From NCBI GenBank assembly GCA_001179505.1, contig CDMY01000520.1:290038-354037 (forward strand): a DNA stretch of 64,000 nt. Reading direction: 5' to 3'. Positions 62,457-64,000 of the stretch are shown in pieces (position 1 is the first letter of the stretch; every line of letters begins with the position of its first letter). The notes beneath the pieces were generated by a model, which saw only the letters and a list, made by a program, of their open reading frames with translations, made no database searches and was not told the origin of the DNA. The position numbers were made by a program, and so were the translations under genes. This stretch comes from Vitrella brassicaformis CCMP3155 (Eukaryota; Protista; Chromerida).

Positions 62457-62836
62457 TTGGGCCCACTTGTATGTTTGCGTGTCTTGAGTGTGCAGATCTG
62501 GATGGCGACATCGACGGCGATGGCGAGGGCGGTAGTGGCGACAGCGATGAGGGTGAGTGTGCAGGCGGCCGCCTCCATCTAGGTAGGTCGGCTGGATGAA
62601 TCGGTGTGTGGTTTGTGCAGAAGAGGGTGCGGACGAGGATGATGACGATGACGACGATAGCGATGAGGGTGAGGAGTCAGTGGGGGGCGGTGTTTGTGTC
62701 TGGGCTCACTTGTACGTTTGCATATGTTGTGTGTGCAGATGGGGATGGCGACGGCGACGGCGACGGCCAGCAGCAGGAGGAAGAGGGTGAGATGGGTGGA
62801 GGGGATGGCTATGGTAGAGATGGGGGCAGGGGATGA
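60832..62836 (+). pseudogene. Lineage-specific multicopy family, copy C (1-nt frameshift; expanded acidic tail)
   Basis: Collinear with copy B, but AATGCCTGCGCTTC at about 61144-61157 versus AATGCGCTGCGCTTC in B: a 1-nt deletion that shifts the frame. Could instead be a sequencing error. Confidence 0.55.
62160..62830 (+). repeat. Tandemly reiterated intron + acidic mini-exon units
   Basis: The unit GATGAGGGT(C/G)(G/A)GTGTGCAG.C.GCCGCCTCCATCT..GT...GGATG...GTGTG...GCAGA.GAGGGTGCGGA.GA occurs at about 62184 and 62546 in copy C but only once (about 47635) in copy B. Confidence 0.7.
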
Positions 62837-63776
62837 GCCAGATCAGGGCGACACACATGCATTCGTTGTGTGCGTCATGTCATGGCTGTGATGTATCCCT
62901 CCATGTGTCAGGTGAGGGTGTGGAGAGGGAGGCCAAGAGAAGGAGGCTGGAGCACAGCTAGATGGCACAGCGGCTGTTTGATGCTTCCCCCGGCCGCGGT
63001 GCCAATGGCAGAGACCAATGTACTGATCGCTCAACTGCCCCACTTGCTCATGGCCATTTAGCTTGCGTAGCTGATTGATTGATGACGCGGTGTGAATGGA
63101 CACACATCGATGTGTCAACTATTCGCCGGTTGATCGATGCAAAAAGTCAAAGACACACACACTCAGACAGACAGACAGACAGACAGACAGAGACGCCAAC
63201 GTACAGACATCACGTAGACATGGTTGAGTCCATCCAAACCTCATCTCATCTCACCTCACCTCATCTCACCACACACACACACACTGAGGCCAACCAGACC
63301 GGGGTTTCTAAAACGCTTTGGCATGCAATGCAGGCATTAAAGGCCTCCATCCATCCATCCATCCATCAGAGTGCGATAAACAGACACACAGCAGCAAGTA
63401 TACTGATGAATGGATGGATGGATGGATGGATGTATTGGAGGACGTATTTCTTTCTTCGATCGAAACGCATCAAGGCGAACCCCTGGGTGCAGCATGATCA
63501 GGCTGGCGAGCGCTGCACATGCACAAAAGATCAGCCATCGTCTTCTCGGTGTAGTGTGGATGCACAACTCAACGTCCCCGTCGAAATCGCGTCAAGCCAT
63601 CGAGACGTTCTCAAAAATCCCTCTGCATTAAATGTCATTTGATGATGCGCTCTGGCCGTGAAGCCTTTCGCATTTTTCGGCAGCACAGTGGAAACTGTCA
63701 TTAACCGTAACACTCGTCTGTGTGTCCGTGATACTCATACAAATACAGTCCCATCAGCACGCAGACTCAAACAGGC

Positions 63777-64000
63777 TCAAGGGGAGGAGGGATCAATCCC
63801 CGCCCCATCAGCACACCCCAGTCCCGCAAACCCTCCCCTCCCTCCCCCACGCAGACAGAAGCTAGTCGCACGCGCGAGGGCGATAGACAAGCGAGAGCGA
63901 ATCCATTCAGACACATGACTGAACCCCCGACCCTTCCACCCCTCCTTCTCCAACAGCGCATGAGCCATGTGGGCGATGAACACGTTGGCATCGTGTCCCC
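63777..64000 (-). mobile_element. 3' end of a probable non-LTR retrotransposon ORF (restriction-like endonuclease, CRE/R2-like); continues beyond the window
   Basis: Intron-free frame GHDANVFIAHMAHALLEKEGWKGRGFSHVSEWIRSRLSIALARATSFCLRGGG...DGAGIDP-stop resembles the C-terminal 'A..F...La..L......s.v..WlR.RLS.al.Ra...CLRG' segment of RLE-type retroelements. Only about 75 codons are visible. Confidence 0.55.

Noticed and set aside
63079-63713. Short ORFs near the right end
   Set aside because: Repeat-rich, no codon bias or motifs; probably intergenic or retroelement 3' flank.
1-64000. CRISPR array, rRNA, tRNA or prokaryotic operons
   Set aside because: No repeat-spacer arrays or recognisable structural RNA genes; the sequence is spliced eukaryotic DNA.

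Overview
Eukaryotic, GC-rich, gene-dense and very intron-rich DNA. Introns are mostly short (about 40-140 nt) and packed with (CA)n/(GT)n, (GA)n/(CT)n and (GACA)n/(TGTC)n microsatellites. The style and gene content suggest a chromerid/alveolate such as Vitrella brassicaformis; this is inference, not verified. I reconstructed about 19 spliced loci by eye. Clear housekeeping genes: SF3B1 and BMS1. Family-level calls: PKD2-like channel, FCP1/SCP (NIF) HAD phosphatase, SMP-30-like beta-propeller and histidine phosphatase. Unusual architectures: a signal-peptide + SnoaL/NTF2-like + DUF4336 fusion, and an RCC1-repeat + IQGAP-like RasGAP protein that seems to lack the catalytic arginines. Also present: three dispersed paralogs of a lineage-specific MGxxxS/T family with acidic tails, a small secreted His/Ala-rich protein, a disrupted gene, a 300-N gap, and the 3' end of a probable RLE-type non-LTR retrotransposon at the right edge. 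The most striking window-wide pattern is that many introns carry mutually complementary microsatellites at their 5' and 3' ends, always in the same sense-strand polarity, suggesting intron-bridging RNA hairpins. No rRNA, tRNA or CRISPR array could be supported. Exon boundaries are manual and unverified by transcripts.
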